Notes: generated from the letters alone by a model not told the origin. 64,000 nucleotides of DNA from Octopus sinensis (GCF_006345805.1 NC_043022.1:7440001-7504000); one strand, 5' to 3'. Shown: positions 52,196-64,000, counted from the first letter of the stretch. Numbers and translations: made by a program.

Positions 52196-52230
52196 GTTTA
52201 ACGTTTCGAGCGGAGCTCTTCGTCAGAAAC
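52196..52230 (-). ncRNA. Minimal type I hammerhead ribozyme candidate (family H-related repeat, ~52085-52310)
   Basis: GTTT-CTGACGA-A-GAGC-tcc-GCTC-GAAAC-GTT-AAAC. Confidence 0.68.
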
Positions 52231-52305
52231 ATAGGAAAAGCAAAGATCCAAAGAAGGGAAGACGGAGGAAAAAAATCGCCAACGGTACACACGCGGTCAC
52301 ATTTG

Positions 52306-52344
<39 letters not shown>

Positions 52345-52612
52345 TATATATATATATAATATATGTAAATATATATAAATATATATATATGTAAATATAA
52401 TATGTGATAATTATTATTTTCATAGCATTTTTTTCGATGGCTCGATAACTGAAGAGATGTTGGTGTGGGTTTTCACCCCGACATCCGAAACTTTTATGAT
52501 GGCTACCGAATAATTGTCACATATATTTACAGATTTATAAATTCCTTTATTATATAATATCGAGGTCTCTTTTCATTCTTTTGTTGTCTTGGCTTTTCTA
52601 TGAATATATATA

Positions 52613-52655
<43 letters not shown>

Positions 52656-52876
52656 ATATATATATCTATATATATATAATAAACCTTTACATAAATAAAT
52701 AACGTGAAATACACGAAGGGACGAACAAAAAGACAAACGGGTCATTCAAAGCCTTCATTCTTCAGTCAGAAACTGATCCCTCATCGCAGATTTCGCTATG
52801 TATGTATGTATGTATGTAGGTGTGTATATAGTCATTTCAAATGAGCGGATAAGAAACGAAAAAAAGGAAGAAGAAA

Positions 52877-53804
52877 CACGTGTGGGTGCTGACTGAAAAG
52901 TTCCTGGTTTTAAGGGTATCGCAAAAGGCCAAGCTGGAGGCCCAACCTTCCGGGTTCTTTTACAGGGCTTAGAAAACCTGAAGGACCTCTGCAACAAGTG
53001 TGGGAATCTGAGAGGGGAATATGTTGGATCCTCCTGCATTTTCTTTTACTCAAAGCTGGGAACTTTTCAGCACAAGTTCCTGGCTTTAAGGGTATCACAG
53101 AAGGCCTAGTTAGAAGCCCAACCTTTCAAGTTCTTTTACAGGGCTTAGAAAACCTGAAGGCCCGCTGCAACAAGTGTGGGAATCTGAGAGGGGAATATGT
53201 TGGATCCTCCTGCATTTTCTTTTACTCAAAGCTGGGAACTTTTCAGCACAAGTTCCTGGCTTTAAGGGTATCACAGAAGGCCTAGTTAGAAGCCCAACCT
53301 TTCAAGTTCTTTTACAGGGCTTAGAAAACCTGAAGGCCCGCTGCAACAAGTGTGGGAATCTGAGAGGGGAATATGTTGGATCCTCCTGCATTTTCTTTTA
53401 CTCAAAGCTGGGAACTTTTCAGCACAAGTTCCTGGCTTTAAGGGTATCACAGAAGGCCTAGTTAGAAGCCTAACCTTTCAAGTTCTTTTACAGGGCTTAG
53501 AAAACCTGAAGGACCTCTGCAACAAGTGTGGGAATCAGAGAGGGGAATATGTTGGATCCTCCTGCATTTTCTTTTACTCAAAGCTGGGAACTTTTCAGCA
53601 CAAGTTCCGCTTAAGGGTATTAACAGAAGGCCTAGTTAGAAGCCAAACTTTCAAGTTCTTTTACAGGGCTTAGAAAACCTGAAGGCCCGCTGCAACAAGT
53701 GTTTGTGAATGTAAGAAGGGTATATATTGAATAAAATCATAATTAACTGATCCTCCTATATTTTCTTTTACCCAAAACCAGGAACTTTTTAGCTACTCCC
53801 TCGT
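52877..53804 (+). mobile_element. Tandem array of 5 mariner-derived MITEs, 176-bp period
   Basis: Outer TIR-like ends gtgctgactgaaaagttcctgg and ccaggaactttttagctactccctcgt; internal junction ggaacttttcagcac|aagttcctggc; units encode GLENLKARCNKCGNLRGEYV, resembling the mariner C-terminus. Confidence 0.85.
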
Positions 53805-53844
53805 TACGACCTTGGAGCATCAACACCATGTTTTCTGCTCGCGA

Positions 53845-54061
53845 GTAAACACAGTGTCCTATTCATATTTTTATTCCGACATATTTTGTTTAAAAGGGGC
53901 TGGAAGTGCACGTGACTTAAATATTTTATTTCCCCAGAAAAAAAGTCACGACGAGCTGTAAACAATTAACTCCCCGACCCCCGCCACCTTTTGCGGATTC
54001 TTCTGACGTCATGACGTCTCTGGGTGCTGTTGCTTATCGCCGGGTTTAAGGACCAATGACG
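53845..54061. promoter_or_regulatory. Candidate cis-regulatory motif cluster
   Basis: GTAAACA x2 (53845, 53958), CACGTGAC (53909), CCCCGCC (~53979), TGACGTCA followed by TGACGTC (54004-54018), CCAAT overlapping TGACG (54053-54061); CpG-rich. Confidence 0.35.
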
Positions 54062-54099
54062 CGTAGGACAACGCTCGTGTTGTTGTCGGTGTCGGTGGA

Positions 54100-54304
54100 T
54101 ATGATGATGATGATGATGACGATGATGATGGTGATGATGATGATGATGATGATGATGATAATGATGATGATGATGATGATGATGGTAATGATGATGGTGA
54201 TGATGGTGGTGGTGGTGATGACGATGATGATGATGATGATGATGATGTTGGTGGTGGTGGTGGTGATGATGATGATGATGATCATGATGATGATGGTGGT
54301 GATG

Positions 54305-54336
<32 letters not shown>

Positions 54337-54755
54337 GATGATGATGATGATAATGATGATGATGATGATGATGATGGTAATGATGATGGTGATGATGGTG
54401 GTGGTGGTGATGACGATGATGATGATGATGATGATGATGTTGGTGGTGGTGGTGGTGGTGATGATGATGATGGTGATGATGATCATGACGACTTCGGCGC
54501 AGGCGGCAAAGAAGAAGATGATTATGGTGCCGACAGCGATGCTACTGCTGCTGCTGCTGCTGATGATGATGATGATGTTAAAAATGATGACGATGACTCT
54601 GATGACTCTGATGACTCTGTCGACGACGATGATGATGACGACGACGGAGACGACGATGCTGCTACTGCCTCTGCTGCTACTCCCTCTGCTGCTGATGCTG
54701 ATGCTGATGATGCCAATGATGCTGCTGATGATGATGATGACGATGATGACATTGT
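54100..54755. repeat. (GAT)n-based tract with an internal ~185 bp duplication
   Basis: Direct reading; the variant pattern is repeated twice. Confidence 0.9.
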
Positions 54756-55030
54756 TTACGTGGTTGTTGTTGTAGATTAGCTCCCCACCCCGCCAGACAT
54801 CTCTAATAAACGTGCTCTATGATCAAAAGCATTCTTTTGTTAATCCAAATCTTTTTCCCCGCTACAGTCTATCTAGGATTACAACCGCCAATGTGTTTGT
54901 CATTTTCCAAGATTGTAGATTGTATTCGCAAGAAAACGAAAAGCTTAAAACCCAAACTGTGATTCCGATCTTCTAGGCACGCGCCCTCTCAACTCTTCTT
55001 TATAGAAGCAAAAAAAAAAAATGGACAATA

Positions 55031-55440
55031 GGCGCAGGAGTGGCTGTGTGGTAAGTAGCTTGCTAACCAACCACATGGTTCCGGGTTCAGTCCCACTGCG
55101 TGGCATCTTGGGCAAGTGTCTTCTGCTATAGCCTCGGGCCGACCAATGCCTTGTGAGTGGATTTGGTAGACGGAAACTGAAAGAAGCCTGTCGTATATAT
55201 GTATATATATATATGTGTGTGTATATGTTTGTGTGTCTGTGTTTGTCCCCCTAGCATTGCTTGACAACCGATGCTGGTGTGTTTACGTCCCCGTCACTTA
55301 GCGGTTCGGCAAAAGAGACCGATAGAATAAGTACTGGGCTTACAAAAGAATAAGTCCTGGAATCGAGTTGCTCGATTAAAGGCGGTGCTCCAGCATGGCC
55401 GCAGTCAAATGACTGAAACAAGTAAACGAGTAAACGAGAA
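55031..55440 (+). mobile_element. SINE family C, full length
   Basis: Family match. Confidence 0.93.
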
Positions 55441-55567
55441 TATATTCAAGAGAAGAAAGAAGACGGAACACTTTGCACATGCGCTGTTTGAGGAAGATGC
55501 TCAGGATCAGATGGCAAAGTAAATTTGCCTTTTCGAGTCATACCGAACGCCAGTTTCCGGGTTTCAA

Positions 55568-56340
55568 TCTCTTATTATAAAAGGCAGATTTTATCTGCCT
55601 CCCTTTGGGAGTTATAGAAATCTACAATATAGGATTTCTTCAATTACAATTTACCTAGCATTTTTAAGAGTAGAATGCATCGGGTTTTGCCAGGTCCAGT
55701 TTTTAAAATTTAAACTCCAATTAAGCAAAATTTACAGAAAACTCACATTCTGGTGTGTATGTCAAATGCTTTTCTTAGTCTGGTTTACAGCACACGCAAA
55801 CGCACACACACAGTGTGCAACGAATAAGTGAAACTAGATGTAATATTTGTTTCTGTCTATCACGCTGATAGATACATGAGTAAAATGTATGGCAAGCTAA
55901 CAGATAAGAGTGAGTGAAAATGTTCTTGGAAGAGAGTAAATCGCGACAGAGTGATTTGAGGAAGACTAAACTGAAAGTATGAAACAGTGTTATGTATAAA
56001 CAGACGAAACTTTATATAACCCTTTCGTTACAAAACGCCCGAATTTACCTGTTCATATTTAAATGAGAATATCAGAGTAAATCTCTTTAGTACATTCGTG
56101 AAAACACGTATTATACTTCGTAAACACTTCAAATACAGTTTTGTACAAAAATCGAAGTGTAATTTTAATTCCGTGAATTATGGGAGATTTTTTTCCGAAA
56201 TTTGTTCTATCGTGTTTTCAAAATTTGTAATTCTGACAAAAAATGGATACGAATTTCATTATATCAAGCAGCGAGTCAGAATTCGAAGGATTTTCTACTG
56301 AAGACCTTCATAAATCTAAATCTATGACTGAAAAAAAAAA
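55568..56340 (+). mobile_element. Non-autonomous Helitron-like 5' module (second copy at 62665-63066)
   Basis: A|TCTCTTATTATAAAAGGCAG start; ~400 bp highly similar to 62665-63066. Confidence 0.6.
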
Positions 56341-56343
56341 GCA

Positions 56344-56737
56344 TCTTTATATAAGAGTGTGAGTTGTGTGTCTGTCTCCTACGATTTAGATTCCTAACTA
56401 CTCCACATTTTGCGGTGCAGTTTAACCAAAAGCGGGTATTATAGTCGTGATTCATATCGAGCCCTTCTGGGTATTAGCGCGCGTCTACGATGAGTCTACG
56501 ATTTAAAAAAAATTTACCATCATATTTTTCCATTTTAATGCATTTTTTTCGCTTTATATAAGGGAAGTAACTCTCTAAAAATATCTAGACGATGTGTCAA
56601 CGATTTAAAAAAAAAAATTTACCTTAATTTTTTTCAATTTTTAATGCATTTTTTGCTATTTTTTGGCAATAACTCTCTAAAAATGCTTATATAGTTATTT
56701 CCCTTACAACCCGAGCAACGCCGGGCGATACTGCTAG
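56344..56737 (+). mobile_element. Non-autonomous Helitron
   Basis: A|TC start, subterminal cccgagcaacgccggg, CTAG|T end; internal ~100 bp duplication. Confidence 0.8.
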
Positions 56738-56904
56738 TGGCGTATAAATCCCCCACCTGGAGGGGACTCCGTTCCGCCGTGAAAGCTACGTTGTTATCCT
56801 CATTCCGTAAACGGTGACTATTTTTTTAACGGGTGGAGAGCTGAATCATCCTGGGGTACAGAGGATTCGCAATCTAGACTAGGGTCTGAAAGTTTACCAC
56901 GCTA

Positions 56905-57138
56905 TAGAGGATTACACCATGGTTCCTCTGCTTTGTGGAAGAAGTAGGTAGAAAAGAGTGAGAGGAAGTTGTGGTGAAAGAGTACAGCGGGGTTCACCAC
57001 TACCTCTGCCGGAGCTTCGTGGAGCTTAGGTGTTTTTGCTCAATAAACACTCACAATGCCCGGTCTTGGAACCGAGTTGAAACCGCGTTCTTACGACCGC
57101 GAGTCCGCTGCCCTAACCACTGGGCCATTGCGTCTCCA
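56905..57138 (-). mobile_element. SINE family T
   Basis: Reverse complement of the 14622-type element. Confidence 0.85.
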
Positions 57139-58565
57139 CCTCAAGCTGTTGTTTCTGTTCTTGATGCTGCCGCAGCCATAAATGTTATTATTGTTGTTGC
57201 TGTTGTTATAGTTGTTGTCCATGTAACTAAGTCTGGCTGTTATTGTTGCTGTTGTTGTTGTTGTTGTTATTGTTGTCCATATTGAATTAAAGTATGGCTG
57301 GTGTTGCTCTTGTTGTTGTTGTGTTGTTGATGATGATGATGCTGCGATTATCATTGATGTCATATTTTGTTGTTTTTATGGTTGTTGTTTGCGCATCTGG
57401 TGTGGTTCTTGCTGCTGTTGTTGTTGTTGCTTCTGTCTTAGTTGTTGATGTCATCGTTGTCGTCATCGTTGTTGTCGTTGATGATGATGATGATGATGTG
57501 TTTTGTTCTTGTCCCTGATGTTGTTATGAATTCCTCTGTCCCTTTCTTCCACCCTTCGTATCTCGAACCCTCAACCCACACCCTGCTGTATTTGATGCAA
57601 AACAGGATCAGTTTTAAAAAGTTTTTTCCAGACAGACACAGGAGAAAGAAGAGAATAATGATTGCGGGTGGCGAGCGAGAGAGAGGGAGAGAGAGAGGTG
57701 GAGGGGGAGAAAGAGAGAGAGAGAAAGAGAGGGAAAGGTAGAGAGAGACAGAGAGACAGAGATAGATAAACAGATAAGATGGAATGAGGGTTAAGGGGAG
57801 AAAGAGAGGGAAAGACAGACAGACAGAGAGAGAGAGAGAGACAGAGGGAGAGAGAGCAGGACAATGATAAGTAGACAGATAAATAAATAAATAGGTAGAG
57901 ATAGAAAGAAAGAAAGAAAGAGGAGAGAGAGAGAGAGAGAGCGAAAAGCAAGGTAGAAACAGCGAAAGAGAAGGAGTGAGAGTGTGTGAGAGAGAAAGAG
58001 AGAGAAGAAAAGAGAGGGAAAGAGAGGAAGAGATTGACAGAGAAAGACAGACAGATTGATAGATAGACTGATAAAGAGAGAAAGAATGATAGAGAAAAGG
58101 GAGTGGGAGGGGATGTTTGTAGTTTAAACAATTTTGTTTTCTGTCCATTACATCCTGTTAAGGGGTGACCTTTTGACTCAAACATCTCCTACAAATATAC
58201 ACCACAAACACATCTCACAGAACCCCCATCCATCCAGACACACACACAAACACATACGCATACGTATGGTAGACAGCAAACATAACACATACTACACTAA
58301 TATGTTATATCAGTCCGTTAGTCGTCCCTTAACATCCAAACATCAAATGGCAGAAGAAAGGATTGGACGGGGTTATGCGAACGAGCAAGAAGTTGCGAAA
58401 CGCTGGATCTGTGACTGGCGTGTATGTGTGTGTGTGTGTATGTGTGTGTATGTGTGTGTGTGTGTGTGTGTTGTATCTTTTATCTTGGTACGTGTTTCTC
58501 TCAGTAGAATGTGGCCATGCTGGAGCACCGCCTTGAGGAACTTTGAGTAAAACTAATCGACCCCA

Positions 58566-58622
<57 letters not shown>

Positions 58623-58625
<3 letters not shown>

Positions 58626-59547
58626 CACGCATTGAGTCGAAACAGGGGCAGCTGATGAAGGGGATTTCCTTGTATTGTTTGTCTGTACTCTGTTTTTTCG
58701 TTGTTAAAAAAAGTCCGTTCCTGTTTGATTGATGTTTTCATTTCTCGTTGTGTTCTACGTTTATTTGTGGTGTCCTGTACTCATATATATATATATACAT
58801 GTATATATACATATAGATGTAGGTATAAAACTGAAATGCGTTGGACCGCTTGGATCGCTTTCAAGGCCACTACATCCCGGCGGATTGACTCCAAAATTTA
58901 CAGGGGCATGTAAAATGAGGGGACGATGCCTGTGGGCTACGTTAGAAATCCCTATCTTAAAAGGTGTCGTTGCTAGGGCCAAAAACCACTTTGACAAGTC
59001 CACTCCCATTCTGTTAATGTACCTGTCTTCCTCATTCTATTTCATCATTTCCCAGAACTTTTTCACTCACTCTATTTCCTACCTTCCTATCACTTTCACT
59101 TCGTCAAACGGCGTTCTTTTATGTATCTGTCTGCATTCATAGAGAGAATTATCATTGCCAAATCCAAACACACTAGCATGAGAACAAATATTATGAATCA
59201 GATATTTATTGCGTTCATTTACATATGGTGTGTGTGTGTGTGTGTGTGTTCGATATATAAATATGTATATATTATGTATATATACAAAGTGTATTTATCT
59301 GTATTTATGTATATTAAATTTTTTAATACTTTTTGATAGTTATATATTTTTAAAGAACTTATAAATATAATTTAATAATTTTTTTTTAAATTTTAATTTA
59401 TAAATTTTTTCAATTTTATATTTTCTATATTTTCTATATTATATTTTTATTTTTATGTTTTTGTTTTGGGTTTTTCACTGTTTGATTTGCCTATTAGTGG
59501 TTTTATTGTAATTTAATTAACATCACACCACACACCACACACACACA

Positions 59548-59592
<45 letters not shown>

Positions 59593-60497
59593 ACACGCAT
59601 TGAGTCGAAACAGGGGCAGCTGATGAAGGGGAATTTTCCTTGTATTGTTTGTCTTGTACTCTGTTTTTTCGTTGTTAAAAAAAGTCCGTTTCCTTGTTTG
59701 ATTTTATGTTTTCATTTCTCGTTGTGTTCTACGTTTATTTGTGGTGTCCTGTACTCATATATATATATATACATGTATATATACATATAGATGTAGGTAT
59801 AAAACTGAAATGCGTTTGGACCGCTTGGATCGCTTTCAAGGCCACTACATCCCGGCGGATTGACTCCAAAATTTACAGGGGCATGTAAAATGAGGTGGCG
59901 ATGCCTGTGGGCTACGTTAGAAATCCCTATCTTAAAAGGTGTCGTTGCTAGGGCCAAAAACCCACTTTGACAAGTCCACTCCCATTCTTTAATGTACCTG
60001 TCTTCCTCATTCTATTTCATCATTTCCCAGCACTTTTTCACTCACTCTATTTCCTACCTTCCTATCACTTTCACTTCGTCAAACGGCGTTCTTTTATGTA
60101 TCTGTCTGCATTCATAGAGAGAATTATCATCGCCACATCCAACACACTAGCATGAGAACAAATATTATGAATCAGATATTTATTGCGTTCATTTACATAT
60201 GTGTGTGTGTGTGTGTGTGTGTGGTTCGATATATAAATATGTATATATTATGTATATATACAAAGTGTATTTATCTGTATTTATGTATATTAAATTTTTT
60301 AATACTTTTTGATAGTTATATATATTTTTAAAGAACTTATAAATATAATTTAATAATTTTTATTTTAAATTTTAATAATTTAAATTTTTCAATTTTATAT
60401 TTTCTATATTTTCTATATTATATTTTTATTTTTATGTTTTTGTTTTGGGTTTTTCACTGTTTGATTTGCCTATTAGTGGTTTTATCTGTAATTTAAT
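58623..60497. repeat. Tandem duplication, period ~968 bp
   Basis: taacacgcattgagtcgaaacagggg at 58623 and 59591; colinear throughout. Confidence 0.93.
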
Positions 60498-60542
60498 TTA
60501 TACATACACACACACACACACACCACACACACACATATATAT

Positions 60543-60582
<40 letters not shown>

Positions 60583-60605
60583 ATACATTTGTATATATAA
60601 TGCGT

Positions 60606-60639
<34 letters not shown>

Positions 60640-61369
60640 TTTTTCCCTCAAATGAAAGGCGTGACCTCTAGGACAAAATTCCTCATCTTATAAAATGTGA
60701 CCCCAGTAGACCCGAATGAAATCGGGTTATATTAACTAAAATGTGAAAAGGGGTCTAAATGGGGCTGGAAGGGGATTAAAATTTCAAAGAGCGAGTGTTT
60801 AGGAATTCTCTGTTACATCAAGCTAAAAAATTTGCGCCAGCCTTTTAATCGTCAATGTGTTGCCGTCCATGATGAAGAAGTTTTGAATGCTTGCCATGGT
60901 GAGTCTACTGTCGTGAGAAAGAATCACTTCAAAACTTGGTGTTTACGAATTTTCTTTTACATCAAGTTCAACATTTTACGCCAGCCGTTAAACTGTCAAT
61001 ACGTTGCTGTCCGTCGTTAAGAAATGCCAGCCATGGTGACTCTACTATCCTCAGATTCTATCCCTTTAAACTTTGGTTTCCAATATTTTATTATTTTTAT
61101 TCAGCTCGCAAGTTCGTCTGTCCCTTTTAAATGTTAGCGTTTTGCTGTCTGCCTTGAAGCAGACCTTTCCGTTGCCACTGCCCGATATTTATGATTGATC
61201 TTTCTAAATATTTTATTTCTCAACTTATTCAAGATCTTTTGTTTATAAATGGGAGAGAGATAGATAAAGATAGAGAGTAAGAGAAAGCGAGGGAGAGTCC
61301 GAGAGAAAAGAAAAGTAAGAGAGTGGGAAAGTGAGAGAGAAAGAGAGAGAGAAACAAAGAGGGAGAATC

Positions 61370-61735
61370 ATCATCATCATCATCATCGTTTAACGTCCGT
61401 TTTCTGTGTAGCACGCACGTTGGACAGTTTGACGGTCGGTCTGGGAAGCCAGGAGGCTGCACCAGGCTCCAGTCTGATCTGGCAGTGTTTCTACAGATGG
61501 ATGATCTTCCTAACGCCAACCACTCTGTGAGTGTAGTGGGTGCTTTTTTCGTGCTGCCGGCACAGGTGCCAGGGGGGGCTCGCAGCGGCAACGATCGGTT
61601 GGTACTTTTTATGTGCCACCGGCAGAAGAAGCCAGTCAAGCGGCGCTTGCAATCGGCCACGTTCGGATGGTGCTTTTTTTACGTGCTGAAAGGAAGCAAC
61701 AGAAAGTAACAACCACACTCTACCCCGCGCGTAGA
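61370..61735 (-). mobile_element. RTE-type retroelement 3' end with (GAT)n tail
   Basis: Minus ...aaaacggacgttaaacgatgatgatg; contains the ttcctaacgccaaccac motif; family assignment from recall. Confidence 0.6.
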
Positions 61736-61754
61736 GCGGGTCACCTTCAGCTAG

Positions 61755-61792
<38 letters not shown>

Positions 61793-62268
61793 ATCTTATA
61801 TATATTGTAAAGCTGGTATTATTCTATCGGCCCCTTTTGCCGAACCGCTGATTTATAGGGACGTAAACAAACCAACACCGGCTGGCAAGGGGAGGTGTGG
61901 GGACAAACAGACACAAAGACATTTACACAAACACACACACACACACAACCACGCACACACACACACGCACACACCTACACACATACATACGCATATGTAC
62001 GACGAGCTTCGTTCAGTTTCTTATTTCTTTACTGCCCACAAGGGGCTACACATAGAAGGGACAAACAAGGACAGACAAACGGACTAAGTCGATTATATCG
62101 ACCCCAGTGTGTAACGGCAGAGGAAATATCGCTAAGCATTTCGCCGCCTCTTTCAGTTTCTGTCTATCAAATCCATTCCCAAGTCTTTGGTCGGTCCGAG
62201 ACTATAGTAGAAGACACACAATGGGAATGAACCCGAAACCATGTGGTTGAAACGTAAGCCATATTATA

Positions 62269-62653
62269 TCTCTCTATATATAAACGGCAGTTTGTCTGTC
62301 TGCGTGTCTGTGTGTCTGTTAGGTTGTACCCTCACCCTGACCACGGCTTTCAACCGATTCTGATGAAACTTGACACACACATAGCCCAATGTCATAATTC
62401 AAAACTAACGCGGCGAAAATTTTGAAAAGTTCCCCCAGTTCTGAAAAAGATCGATAAATTCGACAAGGGGTCGACAATCAGAAACACAAACCACAGATGG
62501 TCTAGGGGACGCAACTCGACCTTTTTAACTATCAAAAAAAATTTACCATAATTTTTTTTCCCATTTTTTTGCTATTTTTTGCCTATAACTCTCTAAAAAT
62601 GCTTTATAGTTATTTCCCTTACAAACCTGAGCAACGCCGGGCGATACTGCTAG
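62269..62653 (+). mobile_element. Non-autonomous Helitron
   Basis: A|TCTCTCTATATATAAACGGCAG start, gtctgtctg microsatellite, gagcaacgccgggcgatactgCTAG|T end shared with the 56737 copy. Confidence 0.82.
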
Positions 62654-63139
62654 TATAATATAAATCTCTTATTATAAAAGGCAGATTTTATCTGCCTCCC
62701 TTTGGGAGTTATACAAATCTACAATATAGGATTTCTTCAATTACAATTTACCTAGCATTTTTAAGAGTACAATGCATCGCGTCATGCCAGGTCCAGTTTT
62801 TAAAATTTAAACTCCAATTAAGCAAAATTTACAGAAAACTCACATTCTGGTGTGTGTGTCAAATGCTTCTTAGTCTGGTTTACACCACACGCAAACGCAC
62901 ACACACACTGTGTAACGAATAAAGTGAAACTAGATGTATATTTGTTTCTGTCTATCACGCTGATAGATACATGAAGTAAAATGTATGGGAAGCTAACAAA
63001 TAAGAGTGATGTGAAAATGTTCTTGGAAGAGAGTAAATAGCGACAGAGTGATTTGAGGAAGACTTTACATTAAATAACCGTAGTGGCTTCTGTTAGTAAT
63101 AAAGTAAACATACACTCATACATACATACATACATACAT

Positions 63140-63176
<37 letters not shown>

Positions 63177-63645
63177 ACATACATAACACACACACACATA
63201 CATACATACACACATACATACATACATACATATTACATACATACATACATATACTACATACATACACACACACACATACATACATACAACACACATACAT
63301 ACATATATACATACATACATAAACATAAATATACATACATACATACATATACAATACATACACCCACACACACACACACACACAGTATTGAAGCTTGAGA
63401 ACAATCAGATACATTTGCAACACATCTGTTGAAAATATTATTGTTCACACACATACATATACATATATACATACAGACAGACAGACAGTAGACACACACA
63501 CACACATGATCCAGCATGGCCACAACCTCAGGAAAAACATATAAAAGAATACAGAATATAAAGTGTGCATGTGTGAGAGAGAGAGAGAGTGTATGTGTAT
63601 ATGTATGTATGTAGGTATGTATGTTGTATGTATGTATATATATAC

Positions 63646-64000
63646 AATAATGCGGTTTTTTCAACAGCTTGAACTAAAAGTCAGAGGGGAATGGGATAAA
63701 CTACTTATATTAACTTGCTATAAAAGCAGGTAGTAATTTTATCTTGTCCTTATTCATAGTGCAAGTTTGAAGAGTGCATTCGATTTTAACAGCTATTTTT
63801 TTCAAAGCTATGTTGGAAGTAACAAAGGAGCATATTTGGCATATTTTTCTTTATGAGTTCAATAAAGACAACAACGCAACGGAAAGTACAAGAAATATAA
63901 TGCAGTATATGGGGATTGGACAATAAAGCGTAAGGCAGTGTTCAATGGTGGTTCCAGAAATTCCGAGCCATAAACTACAGCCTAGAAGACGAGCCTCATC
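63646..64000 (+). mobile_element. Mariner transposon 5' end with frameshifted transposase start (ATG 63810), runs off the window
   Basis: MLEVTKEHIWHIFLYEFNKDNNATESTRNI...AVYGD...WFQKFRAINYSLEDEP; leader homologous to 21911-22073 (rc). Confidence 0.82.

Noticed and set aside
52998-53673. Three repeated ~95-107 aa ORFs as a tandem gene family
   Set aside because: They are read-throughs of 176-bp MITE units carrying only a mariner C-terminal remnant
58638-58675. CGAAAC...CTGATGA (also ~59606-59640) as a permuted hammerhead
   Set aside because: No NUH site or compatible helices
869-63664. Numerous Y/I/C/V/H/T-rich ORFs in the supplied track
   Set aside because: They are translations of (TA)n, (CA)n, (TATC)n and trinucleotide repeats, with no domain-like sequence

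Overview
Repeat-saturated, AT-rich eukaryotic DNA that is intronic or intergenic. I can support no host protein-coding exon. The SINE repertoire and microsatellite load look like octopus/coleoid cephalopod DNA (inference from recall, not a database result). Most ORFs in the supplied track are read-throughs of simple repeats. Contents: three tRNA-headed SINE families, many as head-to-tail multimers and inverted pairs; mariner fragments and MITEs, including a 5-copy tandem MITE array; a hAT MITE with a perfect 8-bp TSD; non-autonomous Helitrons with swapped 5' ends; degraded Penelope-like, Tx1/L1-like, RTE-like and possibly R4-like retroelement pieces; a ~7 kb 15-bp-period minisatellite; other minisatellites; a ~968 bp tandem duplication; and a 100-N gap. 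The most notable signal is non-coding: about a dozen type I hammerhead-ribozyme (HHR) or HHR-like motifs from several repeat families. These include an intact canonical one (20636-20721, minus), a family with helix I covariation and a non-canonical core position 6, and a palindromic double-HHR hairpin. Together they suggest a Penelope-associated, retrozyme-like population. All RNA folds were assigned by eye, and SINE/repeat boundaries are approximate.
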